Shown here: positions 7,853 through 17,014 of the stretch, one piece after another
Layout of the letters: every line of letters starts with the position of its first letter
How positions within the stretch are numbered: position 1 is the first letter of the stretch
IMG/VR virus record: IMGVR_UViG_3300045988_109352
Source: a virus
Length of the DNA: 64,000 nt
Direction: 5' to 3' (one strand)
Translations under genes and position numbers: made by a program
Notes under the pieces: model-generated
Seen by the model: only the letters and a program-made list of their open reading frames with translations
What the model was told of the DNA's origin: nothing
Database searches by the model: none

Positions 7853-8183
7853 AACTGTTATAAGCTGTTTCTGATATTTCTTGCCAAGAACGAATGATTA
7901 CATCATTTGCTTTTAATTGTTCCTTAATGACATCAGCAGCTTTATATGGGTTAAAATCTTGATTAGATTTCATATTCACTGTAGCAATATTATATTTTTC
8001 ATTTTCTTTCTTTTGATGAGCAAAAATTACATAGTAATACTTCATCGCATTACGCTCATTGAATAGGTCCACAATGGTATCAATGGCTTCACTTAATAAT
8101 GCAGGCGTAATCATTTCGCCTTCTCCTCCTTTTCGCCATATGTTGTGCTCATAGAGGATTTTTATAGCTTTTTTTTCTGTCAT
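7839..8183 (-). CDS. hypothetical protein
   Basis: Packed train; no motif. Confidence 0.5.
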   Translation of the reverse strand: MTEKKAIKILYEHNIWRKGGEGEMITPALLSEAIDTIVDLFNERNAMKYYYVIFAHQKKENEKYNIATVNMKSNQDFNPYKAADVIKEQLKANDVIIRSWQEISETAYNSYENE

Positions 8184-8392
8184 AGTAATTCCTCCCTTAA
8201 TTTATCTAATAGTTCTTGTGCGCAGGCTTTTGCATAATCAATACTATCAGGAGCAATATCGCTTGCTACGAATGTTTTTATCGTAATCCATCCGCACCAC
8301 CAAGTATTCATTTGTACATCAAAGATGTTCTTATAAATGCCATAGTTTTCAATTCTATATTTTCTCATGCTGTTATTGTTTAAAGTGTTCAA
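8180..8392 (-). CDS. hypothetical protein
   Basis: Packed train; no motif. Confidence 0.45.
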   Translation of the reverse strand: MNTLNNNSMRKYRIENYGIYKNIFDVQMNTWWCGWITIKTFVASDIAPDSIDYAKACAQELLDKLREELL

Positions 8393-8813
8393 TCAGTTCG
8401 TCCACGGAGGCTTTATGCCACTTATCAAATAGTATTTCCGGTTTGTCTTGGTAGTGCATTCCTACTTTCAGATATTGGCATAAGAACCAATCTTCCCCAT
8501 CCGTGAACCATTGGCTATCGTCTGTATCATATCTCAATGCAGCAATGGCAAGAAACAAGAACTCATTAGCTCCACAATCGACCCTTCCTTTCTTGGTGAC
8601 AGTATCTACATTATATATCACCCCATATAAATTCCCATAGAATGTAATGATTGCTCTTCCTTCTTCAATACTTTTATGACTTCCCTTGCCATCATAATTA
8701 TGTGCATCTAAAGTTGTATCACCAGAATTAAGTAGTTTATATCTCAACTCTTCCAGCTTCTTTCTAAGCTCTGGCGTATTCTTTCGTATAAAGCACGGTG
8801 TTGTAAATCCCAT
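8373..8813 (-). CDS. hypothetical protein
   Basis: Packed train; no motif. Confidence 0.55.
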   Translation of the reverse strand: MGFTTPCFIRKNTPELRKKLEELRYKLLNSGDTTLDAHNYDGKGSHKSIEEGRAIITFYGNLYGVIYNVDTVTKKGRVDCGANEFLFLAIAALRYDTDDSQWFTDGEDWFLCQYLKVGMHYQDKPEILFDKWHKASVDELIEHFKQ

Positions 8814-8815
8814 AG

Positions 8816-9136
8816 TTATTCTCCTTTCAGTTTCTTTATTAGTGCGTCAGCAAGTTCTACAGACCATGATACTACATCTGGATATAGTATGCCGCACTCA
8901 GTTATACCCTTTTTATGCTGTAGTTTAACAAACTCTGTAGAATAATCTTTCGCCAGTTCGTAGCGTCGCTTTTCCCAATCAATGGCTGAATTTCCAAGAT
9001 TTAAAAAATCAAGTTCACACTCTCTGAAAACCTTATTATCACATACATATAGGTTATCTCCGTTATATAGCGCATTGATATTTATTCTCGGAATTACATC
9101 TATTAAAACTCCGGTTTCTTTTATTCTTGCTTTCAT
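8816..9136 (-). CDS. hypothetical protein with shared C-terminal domain (W-E-x-RRYELA ... ADALIKKLKGE)
   Basis: C-terminal domain is paralogous to 15909..16118 and 20739..21041. Confidence 0.55.
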   Translation of the reverse strand: MKARIKETGVLIDVIPRININALYNGDNLYVCDNKVFRECELDFLNLGNSAIDWEKRRYELAKDYSTEFVKLQHKKGITECGILYPDVVSWSVELADALIKKLKGE

Positions 9137-9333
9137 ACCTTATTGTATTTTTCGTCACATTCTTCACAATGTAGTTTATAGGCGTATGCCAATGCTTTTA
9201 GGGTAATGGGTTCAATGGTGAAATCGTACTGATTATCTCCATATACGATAGATACAGCTAAATCCCTATCTACAAAATTAATGTATGCTATTGCATCATT
9301 ATCTCCTCTTATTTGAATCGTTTGGGTTTCCAT
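9133..9333 (-). CDS. hypothetical protein
   Basis: Packed train. Confidence 0.45.
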   Translation of the reverse strand: METQTIQIRGDNDAIAYINFVDRDLAVSIVYGDNQYDFTIEPITLKALAYAYKLHCEECDEKYNKV

Positions 9334-9334
9334 A

Positions 9335-9523
9335 TCAATATTTCTTTTTAAGTTTTAGAGATAACATTACTCTATTCCATAAAACAAAATAGCTATCCCA
9401 ATAATCCCCAAAGTTGAAATAGTACCAACTCATTTGTATATACCATATTGGCAAATAGACAATGAATATAGCGAGCCATAAAGGGATTAATAGCAATCGA
9501 AGTATTAGTCTTATTTTACTCAT
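9335..9523 (-). CDS. small membrane protein
   Basis: Hydrophobic N-terminal span LILRLLLIPLWLAIFIVYL. Confidence 0.4.
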   Translation of the reverse strand: MSKIRLILRLLLIPLWLAIFIVYLPIWYIQMSWYYFNFGDYWDSYFVLWNRVMLSLKLKKKY

Positions 9524-9526
9524 ATA

Positions 9527-9745
9527 TCAATTAGTTTTAGAAGTTACACCTAAACATAACACTTTGCATGATACTCCAATATCATCAAATTCTAAAGTAA
9601 GATATTCAGTGTCGTAAGGATAAGGGTATCTACATCCCTTCAATTCTTCGTCAGACAGTTCGCGCCTAACTCGCATTTCGATTTCGTAATCATCGGAAAT
9701 ATTTTCAATAATTTTTCTAAGTTGTCCTACATTTTTTATTTCCAT
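9527..9745 (-). CDS. hypothetical protein
   Basis: Packed train. Confidence 0.45.
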   Translation of the reverse strand: MEIKNVGQLRKIIENISDDYEIEMRVRRELSDEELKGCRYPYPYDTEYLTLEFDDIGVSCKVLCLGVTSKTN

Positions 9746-9763
9746 ATCAATCTCCTTTCTCTT

Positions 9764-10171
9764 TCATTCGTCATTTTCTATAACAAGCCAATCATCTACT
9801 GCCATGAGTTCTGGGTCTTCTCCAAACCTAATAATATCATCTTTATCTGCCATATAACCCAAAGGGCATGTTGAAGCAAGGCATTTTCCTTGGAATTTAA
9901 TTCCAAAAGCTTCACGATTCTTATTCAAAATAAATCTTCCCTTTTTCAAAAACTTCTTGGCAAGCCTACGGTTACATTTTATGTTTCTTTTAGTAAGTCT
10001 TATTGCCACAATTCTATAAGCTTTATACCAGTCAATTATATCTCCATTATAAATATATTCTCCATCGTCACAATCCTTATGATTGCATCCATACCCACCA
10101 TTTACTGATGTATCAGATGTAAAAAAGCCGCAACGTGAACATAGATTATCAATGTGAATTAGTTCTTCCAT
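9764..10171 (-). CDS. hypothetical Cys-rich protein
   Basis: 135 aa with several Cys pairs. Confidence 0.5.
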   Translation of the reverse strand: MEELIHIDNLCSRCGFFTSDTSVNGGYGCNHKDCDDGEYIYNGDIIDWYKAYRIVAIRLTKRNIKCNRRLAKKFLKKGRFILNKNREAFGIKFQGKCLASTCPLGYMADKDDIIRFGEDPELMAVDDWLVIENDE

Positions 10172-10178
10172 AAAATTT

Positions 10179-10748
10179 CTATTTTAATCGTTGTAACACA
10201 TCTTTGTTCGCTTCGAGGATTTCGTCAAAGGTGGGATATTCCTCTTTACCAACATAGTAAAATGTTAGACATCTACTAACCATAGGAGAGTGTCTTTTTA
10301 ACGCATTAAAAATAGATGTAGAGGGAATATTCATTTTAACTGAAGCTTCTTTGATTGAATTAAAGATATAAGCTGTTTCTCCGTATATACAACAAACAGT
10401 CCTTCTATAACTATCAGTTGCGTGCCCATAAGAATTATTGTAAGACCTTGTACACCATTCCAAGTTGTGAACGCTATTATTTAAAGGGTTCTCGCCTTTA
10501 TGGTTTACCATTTCTAAGTTTAACGGATTTGGTATAAATGCTTTTGCAACAAGTCTATGAACAAACATAAGTTTCGATTTCCCATCTACGCTAATTGCCA
10601 CTTGTACATATCCATGAGAATCAATAGAACCTTTCATTACTCTTGGGTATGCCCGTTTGCCACATCTGCTAAAAAGACTTCTAACACGCCCGAAGTTACT
10701 AACTTGATACCCAAATACTCCTTCTACATCTTTCCATATCTCTTTCAT
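10179..10748 (-). CDS. HNH homing endonuclease with NUMOD4 domain
   Basis: WKDVEGVFGYQVSNFGRVRS (NUMOD4), HRLVAKAFIPNP, and NHKGENPLNNSVHNLEW (HNH). Confidence 0.75.
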   Translation of the reverse strand: MKEIWKDVEGVFGYQVSNFGRVRSLFSRCGKRAYPRVMKGSIDSHGYVQVAISVDGKSKLMFVHRLVAKAFIPNPLNLEMVNHKGENPLNNSVHNLEWCTRSYNNSYGHATDSYRRTVCCIYGETAYIFNSIKEASVKMNIPSTSIFNALKRHSPMVSRCLTFYYVGKEEYPTFDEILEANKDVLQRLK

Positions 10749-10772
10749 AGCTACTCTTTTGATGATTTGTAA

Positions 10773-11090
10773 TTATTGTCGAAATAGGGTGATATGACAC
10801 CAATGGGTTGGTTTACCATTGTGACATTTCCATTTCCCATTTATAACAAAAGCCACCTCATAAAGACTTTTACCTTCATACTCAGACCTAACTAAAACAC
10901 TTGTTAATTCTTCCGGCAACTGTTCCTTAACGCTTATCCACGGTGATTGCTTTGCCTGCCATTCGGCACCAGCCTCGAAAGCATTTCTCATATCAATCTC
11001 ATCGTAGGGATAATCAAGCCCAGCTTTGATATTTACAATGCGGCATTCTTCTGCAAATGCTTTGGCTGCTTCTTCTACTGTCTGTTTCAT
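10773..11090 (-). CDS. DUF551-like protein
   Basis: WISVKEQLPEE...VLVR...THWCHI pattern. Confidence 0.5.
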   Translation of the reverse strand: MKQTVEEAAKAFAEECRIVNIKAGLDYPYDEIDMRNAFEAGAEWQAKQSPWISVKEQLPEELTSVLVRSEYEGKSLYEVAFVINGKWKCHNGKPTHWCHITLFRQ

Positions 11091-11101
11091 ATTATTTTAG
11101 T

Positions 11102-11230
11102 TTAATTGGTTGTATAAACTCCTTCTTCACAATTTTCTATACGTGATTGACATTCAGATATTACTTCCTTTAAAATGTCTGCACATTCTTCATTTGAGTA
11201 ATCTTGTAGCAATTCATCAATATACTGCAT
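11102..11230 (-). CDS. small hypothetical protein (42 aa)
   Basis: Hand-translated MQYIDELLQDYSNEECADILKEV...; fills a gap in the minus train. Confidence 0.3.
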   Translation of the reverse strand: MQYIDELLQDYSNEECADILKEVISECQSRIENCEEGVYTTN

Positions 11231-11234
11231 TATA

Positions 11235-11369
11235 TCATTTCCTTCCATACGCTTTCTTTGCCATCTGGTTGATTAACTTTATTGTTTCATCACTTAATTT
11301 ACCATTGATTGTTGTAATATGTTCAATGGATTTATGAAACTTACCTTTCTTTTTATCCTTCTGTTTCAT
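11235..11369 (-). CDS. small basic hypothetical protein (44 aa)
   Basis: Hand-translated MKQKDKKKGKFHKSIEH...; ATGA overlap with the upstream stop. Confidence 0.3.
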   Translation of the reverse strand: MKQKDKKKGKFHKSIEHITTINGKLSDETIKLINQMAKKAYGRK

Positions 11370-11704
11370 AACTTATTCGGATTTGTTTTACAATAATGTT
11401 GATTCTCTTTCAGTTTTAAAATATTGTTCAAATGTTCGTCTGAAAGCAGATGCTTATTACTAAAATTACCCAACATTATACGAGGTTCAATATTTTCATC
11501 TCTCATAAATTTCTGTATTTCGTATATATGAAAAAGTAAACCCTCACAATCTACTGCGTAATATTCAACGTCTTCGTCATTGTTGGCAGATACTTCATAA
11601 CCAATCCATCCACCATCACCCATATAAGTATTTATCTTAATATTACGGCAAAAGCCATAACTGATAAGTAATAGCCTTAGTACATCTTTCCCACTCATAC
11701 GCAT
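11366..11704 (-). CDS. hypothetical protein
   Basis: Packed train. Confidence 0.5.
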   Translation of the reverse strand: MRMSGKDVLRLLLISYGFCRNIKINTYMGDGGWIGYEVSANNDEDVEYYAVDCEGLLFHIYEIQKFMRDENIEPRIMLGNFSNKHLLSDEHLNNILKLKENQHYCKTNPNKL

Positions 11705-11865
11705 TTCGATTTATCAATTTGTCCTATACGCTGTCTTTCAAATCCCTCTATCTGAGCGTCAATAAGGTTATTCAGCCATTCATCAGCATACTTTCTGTAC
11801 TTGGCATGATTGCATTTATAAAATTCCAATCTAAGCCATTCAATAGTTATGTTCTTTTGTTCCAT
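11695..11865 (-). CDS. small hypothetical protein (56 aa)
   Basis: Hand-translated MEQKNITIEWLRLEFYKCNHAKYRKY...; preferred over the antisense ORF 11719..12030. Confidence 0.3.
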   Translation of the reverse strand: MEQKNITIEWLRLEFYKCNHAKYRKYADEWLNNLIDAQIEGFERQRIGQIDKSKCV

Positions 11866-11867
11866 AA

Positions 11868-12065
11868 TCATCTGGTTATAGTGGTTCTTTTATTAAATAA
11901 AGCCATAAGTATCAATGCAAAGGCGACTTTCAATAACCGCTTTTTACCAACAATTACAATATTGTCTTTAGTTATTCCGCTATCAGTCGTTATGCTGTAC
12001 CATTTCCTATATGGTGGTAAGCACCTATAAATATGAATTTTAGAAAATATATATTTCATAATCAT
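11868..12065 (-). CDS. hypothetical protein
   Basis: Abuts its neighbours on the minus strand. Confidence 0.3.
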   Translation of the reverse strand: MIMKYIFSKIHIYRCLPPYRKWYSITTDSGITKDNIVIVGKKRLLKVAFALILMALFNKRTTITR

Positions 12066-12334
12066 TAAATAAATGGTTCATCACTAAGATTAATTACTCC
12101 CTTGTCTGTAAACTCGTAGCCAATATATGTAGCAAAACTTCCATTTAAAACATACCAGTCTGTTTGGTTATCATCATCACTGTGTGCGAAAAGTAGGTCA
12201 TTTGTTACATTTTTATCTCTCTTTAAGCCCACGAAATAGTTGTTATTGTAGAAACTAATTTCGGGGATATGCTTGAATGTGCTTGTATCTATACCATCGT
12301 AGATACCGTATTTCTTTTTAAATTTCTCGTCCAT
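12065..12334 (-). CDS. hypothetical protein
   Basis: Packed train. Confidence 0.45.
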   Translation of the reverse strand: MDEKFKKKYGIYDGIDTSTFKHIPEISFYNNNYFVGLKRDKNVTNDLLFAHSDDDNQTDWYVLNGSFATYIGYEFTDKGVINLSDEPFI

Positions 12335-12336
12335 AA

Positions 12337-12639
12337 TTATTCAATTCTATAAGTTTCTAACATACATTGTTCACATTGATGAAAAAAATCATTTTCTTTC
12401 AACTTTAAAGCAATTTCATAAGCTATATCATATGCCAGTTCGTCTAAATCCTTGTCCAAGTAATATGTCTCGTCTTGCAGGCAGGCAAAATCTTCATCTT
12501 GTTCAATTTGTTTTTTGAAGTAATCAAATCCCACTTTTTCATCTTCAAAGAAATCAGTCCATATCCAACTATCTTTGCTAATGTTGTCAAATTGACGTTT
12601 GAGGGATTGATATGCTAATTTTAAAAGTTCTTCATTCAT
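12337..12639 (-). CDS. hypothetical acidic protein
   Basis: Packed train. Confidence 0.5.
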   Translation of the reverse strand: MNEELLKLAYQSLKRQFDNISKDSWIWTDFFEDEKVGFDYFKKQIEQDEDFACLQDETYYLDKDLDELAYDIAYEIALKLKENDFFHQCEQCMLETYRIE

Positions 12640-12651
12640 AGTTATTCCCTC

Positions 12652-13386
12652 TTATTTAAATAAATCAAGTTGCGTGTGATTCTGTTCCTTACCGATTATG
12701 AAATCACATATAAAGTTCCTCGCATAGTCAGGTGATATAAGAGAACGTTCTTCCGAGCATATACCAGCTCTCTTACCTTGCTTGCTCTTCTGAACTATTT
12801 TAGTCTCTTTTGGCTTCTGATAACTGCGCCCGTTTGTAGGTTTGCAATTAAAGAACCAATATGCGGTAGGCTTTTTGAAGTAGTCACCTCGTAGCTGCCT
12901 GTTGTTGTCAATAATGGTAGGTTTTATATAGAAATTTTGAGTAAATAAAAGGAAGTTAGGTCGTGTTGATGGATTCTCCAATATGATTCTTAATCCCATT
13001 CTTTCACACACAAAGAACATCTTATACAATACTGTATAAAAGTAGTTTCTAATATCTATCATTTGAAGTATGATTTGATGTTTCTCTGATAATGGCGTTT
13101 TTTTTATGTTTAAACTGTCGTTAGAGAAATACATCATCTTTTGGTTCTCAAAATAAATGCAAGGGAAGAATGCCATAATCAAATCATCCTTTGTTATATT
13201 GTCGAATACGCTTTCCTCTCTATCATATGCTTTTTCAATCTCTACAAACAAGTCTATCTGATAGTCAGTCTTTCCGAATGAATTTTGTATATCATAATCG
13301 AAAGATTCATATCCAAGTTTTCTAAACTCGTCACGGAATGTTGCGCTTTGTTCAAAAAAGCAATGTACTTTCCCTTTTATTTCCAT
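12652..13386 (-). CDS. divergent C5-cytosine DNA methyltransferase-like protein
   Basis: FFPCIYF (PC motif IV-like), IILENP (ENV motif VI-like) and RSLISPDYARNFICDF (motif X-like). Motif I reads FFEQSATF and lacks FxGxG. Confidence 0.4.
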   Translation of the reverse strand: MEIKGKVHCFFEQSATFRDEFRKLGYESFDYDIQNSFGKTDYQIDLFVEIEKAYDREESVFDNITKDDLIMAFFPCIYFENQKMMYFSNDSLNIKKTPLSEKHQIILQMIDIRNYFYTVLYKMFFVCERMGLRIILENPSTRPNFLLFTQNFYIKPTIIDNNRQLRGDYFKKPTAYWFFNCKPTNGRSYQKPKETKIVQKSKQGKRAGICSEERSLISPDYARNFICDFIIGKEQNHTQLDLFK

Positions 13387-13464
13387 ATCATTTATCTTTT
13401 ATATTTACCTCTATTGATATTTTATCAACTATTTCTTTCTTAAGAATATCTCTACATATAGGTG

Positions 13465-13665
13465 CTATAAACCATAACCTCCATGTGTTTTACGGTTCTT
13501 GTTTCTCTTCCTGCGTTTCGCAATCTGCTTGTTTGTGCACCTATCATCTTTTGGGCGATATTTTCTCATTTTGGGTGCATCACACGGTTCTAAAGGAGAA
13601 ATATCACTATATGGATTATAAATTTCATAATAGGTATTATCGTTCCAAGAAATTTCGTCCTGCAT
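13465..13665 (-). CDS. hypothetical basic protein
   Basis: Packed train. Confidence 0.35.
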   Translation of the reverse strand: MQDEISWNDNTYYEIYNPYSDISPLEPCDAPKMRKYRPKDDRCTNKQIAKRRKRNKNRKTHGGYGL

Positions 13666-13668
13666 ATT

Positions 13669-14001
13669 TTACCCCTCTTTCTTTTTAAGACTTATATCAA
13701 TTGACAACCTATCGGCAATTTCTTCCTTAATTATCTCCCTGCACAAATTCCTTATCATAGAGTAATCACCATGTCTTTGTATCTCGTTGGAAACCATACA
13801 ACGAACCCACCTCTCTATATCAACGTCGTTTCCGTAGGTATTATGAAAGATACGTTTGACTTCTTCTTTCACGATTGGAATCATAATTTCCTTTATATCC
13901 TCTTTAGTCAACTTTAATTCGTTGTGGATATAATTCTTTACTTCTCTGTATCTATATTTACTCATTTTACCAATCTCCTCCATCATTTGATATGCCGTCA
14001 A
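13669..14001 (-). CDS. hypothetical protein
   Basis: Packed train. Confidence 0.5.
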   Translation of the reverse strand: MTAYQMMEEIGKMSKYRYREVKNYIHNELKLTKEDIKEIMIPIVKEEVKRIFHNTYGNDVDIERWVRCMVSNEIQRHGDYSMIRNLCREIIKEEIADRLSIDISLKKKEG

Positions 14002-14230
14002 TAATAGTTACACTATTTTCAATATTACTACCTCCATATTGTGTAAATTCCGGTGTGGGATTATCTTCTATATCTCCGTGCATCATTACATGTAGCGTTC
14101 CACTTGCACTATAAAGCCATAACCGCTTTCCATCCTTTTTCCATTTCTTTGCAAGACGTTTCAAACTGTCAATAAGCTTACATTCTTCCGGTGTGCATTC
14201 TATTCCGGCTTCTGTTTGATATTTACCCAT
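13967..14230 (-). CDS. hypothetical protein
   Basis: Packed train. Confidence 0.45.
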   Translation of the reverse strand: MGKYQTEAGIECTPEECKLIDSLKRLAKKWKKDGKRLWLYSASGTLHVMMHGDIEDNPTPEFTQYGGSNIENSVTIIDGISNDGGDW

Positions 14231-14235
14231 AACGC

Positions 14236-14430
14236 TTAAACCTCCACTTTTGTATAATTACTAAAGTTACAATAAAGATATTCACTTGAAAGCCATCCTC
14301 CTAAATGGCTTTTATCATTGACATATTTACAATAGGTTTCCCATTTGTCCTTATATACAATTTCATACATTACGTCTTTATACATGAACAAATCCCCTTC
14401 TTGTAAATTTGAAATCTTAATTGTTTTCAT
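14236..14430 (-). CDS. hypothetical protein
   Basis: Packed train. Confidence 0.4.
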   Translation of the reverse strand: MKTIKISNLQEGDLFMYKDVMYEIVYKDKWETYCKYVNDKSHLGGWLSSEYLYCNFSNYTKVEV

Positions 14431-14732
14431 ATTAACCCAATCCTCTTTAATCTTTTTCTAAAATTCTTTTCATTCAAAGCTTGTTCGTAATAGCAATCCG
14501 GCTCAATAACTGTTTTAGAAGTGGTTACTGGTTTCATATTCAACCCTACAGATACTTCCTTAACAATTTCAGCCCTCTTTATTTCTTTCGTTTTTTGATT
14601 GAAAGAAAATAATGTATGACCCGGAACACATCTAACTTTATTCTTTAGTTTATATTCCGCTTTCTGTTTCTGTAGATATTCTATCTGTTCCTTAGATAGA
14701 TTATCCTTCAATATAATAGGAGCTATATCCAT
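14427..14732 (-). CDS. hypothetical protein
   Basis: Packed train. Confidence 0.5.
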   Translation of the reverse strand: MDIAPIILKDNLSKEQIEYLQKQKAEYKLKNKVRCVPGHTLFSFNQKTKEIKRAEIVKEVSVGLNMKPVTTSKTVIEPDCYYEQALNEKNFRKRLKRIGLI

Positions 14733-14747
14733 ATCTCTACTTTTATG

Positions 14748-15008
14748 TTAAATGCAATTTTTCATATAGGTGTTCTTCTCAATCATACCGTTTTCCAATT
14801 CTTCTACCAAATCAAAAAATATTGTGGCAGGACAAACATGCGCTTCTATCATTACACATATTCCATCACCGGGATAATATTCACACGAAACATCATTGTT
14901 CCAATCTATATGCTTTTGTGCTTCTTTGGCTACATTATCACAAGCAATCATATACTCTATATATTTATTAGATGCTTTTCTGATTTTATCAAATATATTA
15001 CCCTTCAT
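14748..15008 (-). CDS. hypothetical protein
   Basis: Co-oriented with the train; preferred over the antisense ORF 14745..15092. Confidence 0.45.
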   Translation of the reverse strand: MKGNIFDKIRKASNKYIEYMIACDNVAKEAQKHIDWNNDVSCEYYPGDGICVMIEAHVCPATIFFDLVEELENGMIEKNTYMKNCI

Positions 15009-15030
15009 TTTCTGCTTCCTCTATTTATCG

Positions 15031-15252
15031 TTAAAATATTTTTGGTTCTTCATCGTATGGAGATTTTACTTCAATTTCAGTTGTTACTGTAACCTTATCC
15101 ATGTTGTACCCGTTTGAACCAATTAGAAACTCACCGTTTTCTATAAATTCCACCCTTGTAATATGAGATTTATAGCCTCCGGTGGATATCTTTACATCTC
15201 TATCTAAATCTGGTGCAGTAAGCAATAAATGCGCTAAATCTCGTATTGTCAT
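15031..15252 (-). CDS. hypothetical protein
   Basis: Packed train. Confidence 0.45.
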   Translation of the reverse strand: MTIRDLAHLLLTAPDLDRDVKISTGGYKSHITRVEFIENGEFLIGSNGYNMDKVTVTTEIEVKSPYDEEPKIF

Positions 15253-15671
15253 TTCTCACCTCCTTTCAAATATCCATTTTCTACACACCAACATAGCATT
15301 TGGTAGGCAGCTTTGATAAAGCTATCATCTGATGTTGTAGTAAACCAACTTCCGTCACCTTCATTATTCAGGTAATCTACTACCCACAACTCGTCATAAT
15401 AATATAGGTTAAGATAATATGTTCCTTCATTCAGATTAGGTTGGATGCTGCGTGGAAGCATTTCGATAATATCCTGCAATGTAAATGTTGGAATAATTTC
15501 CCAAAATGTAGAATCTCGCTTTTGATTAATTACATCTTCATAAATTTCAAGTTCCCATTCTTCATCTATGTTTTCTCGAAAACAACACAAGCACATACTT
15601 GCGTTGCTTGTATCCAATCCAAGTCCTTGCAAATGTTTCATTTGCTCTATGCTTAATACTTGTTCCTTCAT
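15249..15671 (-). CDS. hypothetical protein (paralog of 16099..16539)
   Basis: MKEQVLSIEQMKHLQGLGLDTSNAS compared with MKTEQVLSIEQMKLLQELGLDTSDAS. Confidence 0.55.
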   Translation of the reverse strand: MKEQVLSIEQMKHLQGLGLDTSNASMCLCCFRENIDEEWELEIYEDVINQKRDSTFWEIIPTFTLQDIIEMLPRSIQPNLNEGTYYLNLYYYDELWVVDYLNNEGDGSWFTTTSDDSFIKAAYQMLCWCVENGYLKGGEK

Positions 15672-15672
15672 A

Positions 15673-15786
15673 TCAAAAAGTCATTTTTTCAAGTTTTTCA
15701 ATCTGTTTGCGTAAAGATGCAATCTCTCTTTCTATTTCCTCTATTCCGCGAGAAATAGCATACTTAGTAATATATACTTTTGCCAT
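15673..15786 (-). CDS. small coiled-coil protein (37 aa)
   Basis: Hand-translated MAKVYITKYAISRGIEEIEREIASLRKQIEKLEKMTF. Confidence 0.3.
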   Translation of the reverse strand: MAKVYITKYAISRGIEEIEREIASLRKQIEKLEKMTF

Positions 15787-15905
15787 TATTTACCCTCCTT
15801 AATTCTTTGATATTCTTCTTTGGGAGAAAATGGTTCTCCGTTCTTCTCGGCTTTCAATGCCTCAAATCCAACCCTTACCAATTTAATAACTTCTCCTCTT
15901 GACAT
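15786..15905 (-). CDS. small hypothetical protein (39 aa)
   Basis: Hand-translated MSRGEVIKLVRVGFEALKAEKNGEPF... Confidence 0.3.
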   Translation of the reverse strand: MSRGEVIKLVRVGFEALKAEKNGEPFSPKEEYQRIKEGK

Positions 15906-15908
15906 TAT

Positions 15909-16118
15909 TCAATCTCCTTTCAGTTCATTAATTAAAGCATCAGCACAAGCAATAGCAAATCGGGCAATGCCTTTAGGTACTGTATGTTTCTCTCCCTTCT
16001 TGTAATCCGCTTCCGAACAAGCGTAGCGAACTTCTTCCTCGTCGCTTAATATTCCCTGCATTGCAGCTTTAGCCAGTTCATAACGCCTCTGTTCCCAGTC
16101 AATTTTCTTTTCTTCCAT
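15909..16118 (-). CDS. hypothetical protein, RRYELA...ADALINELKGD domain only
   Basis: ATG at 16118 (MEEKKIDWEQRRYELAK...). Paralogous to the C-termini of 8816..9136 and 20739..21041. Confidence 0.5.
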   Translation of the reverse strand: MEEKKIDWEQRRYELAKAAMQGILSDEEEVRYACSEADYKKGEKHTVPKGIARFAIACADALINELKGD

Positions 16119-16539
16119 CTTTAACCTCCTTATTAGTTTTAACAAACCCCTTTTGAATGCACCAACGTAACATATAATAGGCTGCATCTATCAACCTCGG
16201 CATTTTTTCTAAATGAACGGTTCCATTATTCGTTACGTCTACATATTTGAGCCACCACAAACCCACTTTCTTAAATATGTACAAATCATATACCTGTACT
16301 GATTCTGGCAGCTTATCGAGAATGTCCTGCAAGGTATAAGCAGGTAGTGTTTCATATGACACAAAACCGCAAGTTTGAAACTCTTTCTGCAAACTCATAA
16401 ACCACTTACCTTTTGATTTATCATATATACGACTTCCATGCGACACTCTTGCCCAATATATACTTGCATCGCTCGTATCCAATCCAAGCTCCTGCAAGAG
16501 CTTCATTTGTTCTATTGATAATACTTGTTCTGTTTTCAT
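16099..16539 (-). CDS. hypothetical protein (paralog of 15249..15671)
   Basis: ATG at 16539 gives a paralog-length product. Confidence 0.55.
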   Translation of the reverse strand: MKTEQVLSIEQMKLLQELGLDTSDASIYWARVSHGSRIYDKSKGKWFMSLQKEFQTCGFVSYETLPAYTLQDILDKLPESVQVYDLYIFKKVGLWWLKYVDVTNNGTVHLEKMPRLIDAAYYMLRWCIQKGFVKTNKEVKDGRKEN

Positions 16540-16682
16540 AATTCGTAAGATAAAATTACAACCGTTAATGCAATGAAAATGATTGCTACTATCAAGGCGA
16601 TAGATAGACATCCCTTTTCGTATTCTTCATCTTCCGATGGTGTGTTTTCGTTATACCAATCTAATGGATGTTTTAATTTCAT
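16536..16682 (-). CDS. small tail-anchored membrane protein (48 aa)
   Basis: Hand-translated MKLKHPLDWYNENTPSEDEEYEKGCLSIALIVAIIFIALTVVILSYEL. A frameshifted paralog lies at 20586..20721. Confidence 0.35.
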   Translation of the reverse strand: MKLKHPLDWYNENTPSEDEEYEKGCLSIALIVAIIFIALTVVILSYEL

Positions 16683-16801
16683 TTTTCACTCCTTTCTTTC
16701 TCCTTTTTAGCTTTATCACAAGCCAACTTCTTCATTACATACGGACAATCGCAATTCCCGTATCTTTCATTATACCAACAGCAATAATTACACTGGTGCA
16801 T
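16679..16801 (-). CDS. small Cys-rich protein (40 aa)
   Basis: Hand-translated MHQCNYCCWYNERYGNCDCPYVMKKLACDK... Confidence 0.3.
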   Translation of the reverse strand: MHQCNYCCWYNERYGNCDCPYVMKKLACDKAKKEKERSEK

Positions 16802-16804
16802 TAT

Positions 16805-17014
16805 TTATTCCTCCTTATCTATCTTAATATCCGTTACTTTGCCACGATTGACGAAATGTTCATATTTACCTGCACCAAACATATCACAAATAAAATAGTC
16901 GCTACTATAGCATTCATTCCGTAACGAACATTTCGAGCAATCATTACGTTTTGTTTCTACTAATTCATGCAGCACTCCATATATTATTATTCCGTTCTTT
17001 ATTTCCATAATCAA
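16805..17014 (-). CDS. hypothetical small CxxC protein
   Basis: Packed train. Confidence 0.4.
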   Translation of the reverse strand: MIMEIKNGIIIYGVLHELVETKRNDCSKCSLRNECYSSDYFICDMFGAGKYEHFVNRGKVTDIKIDKEE

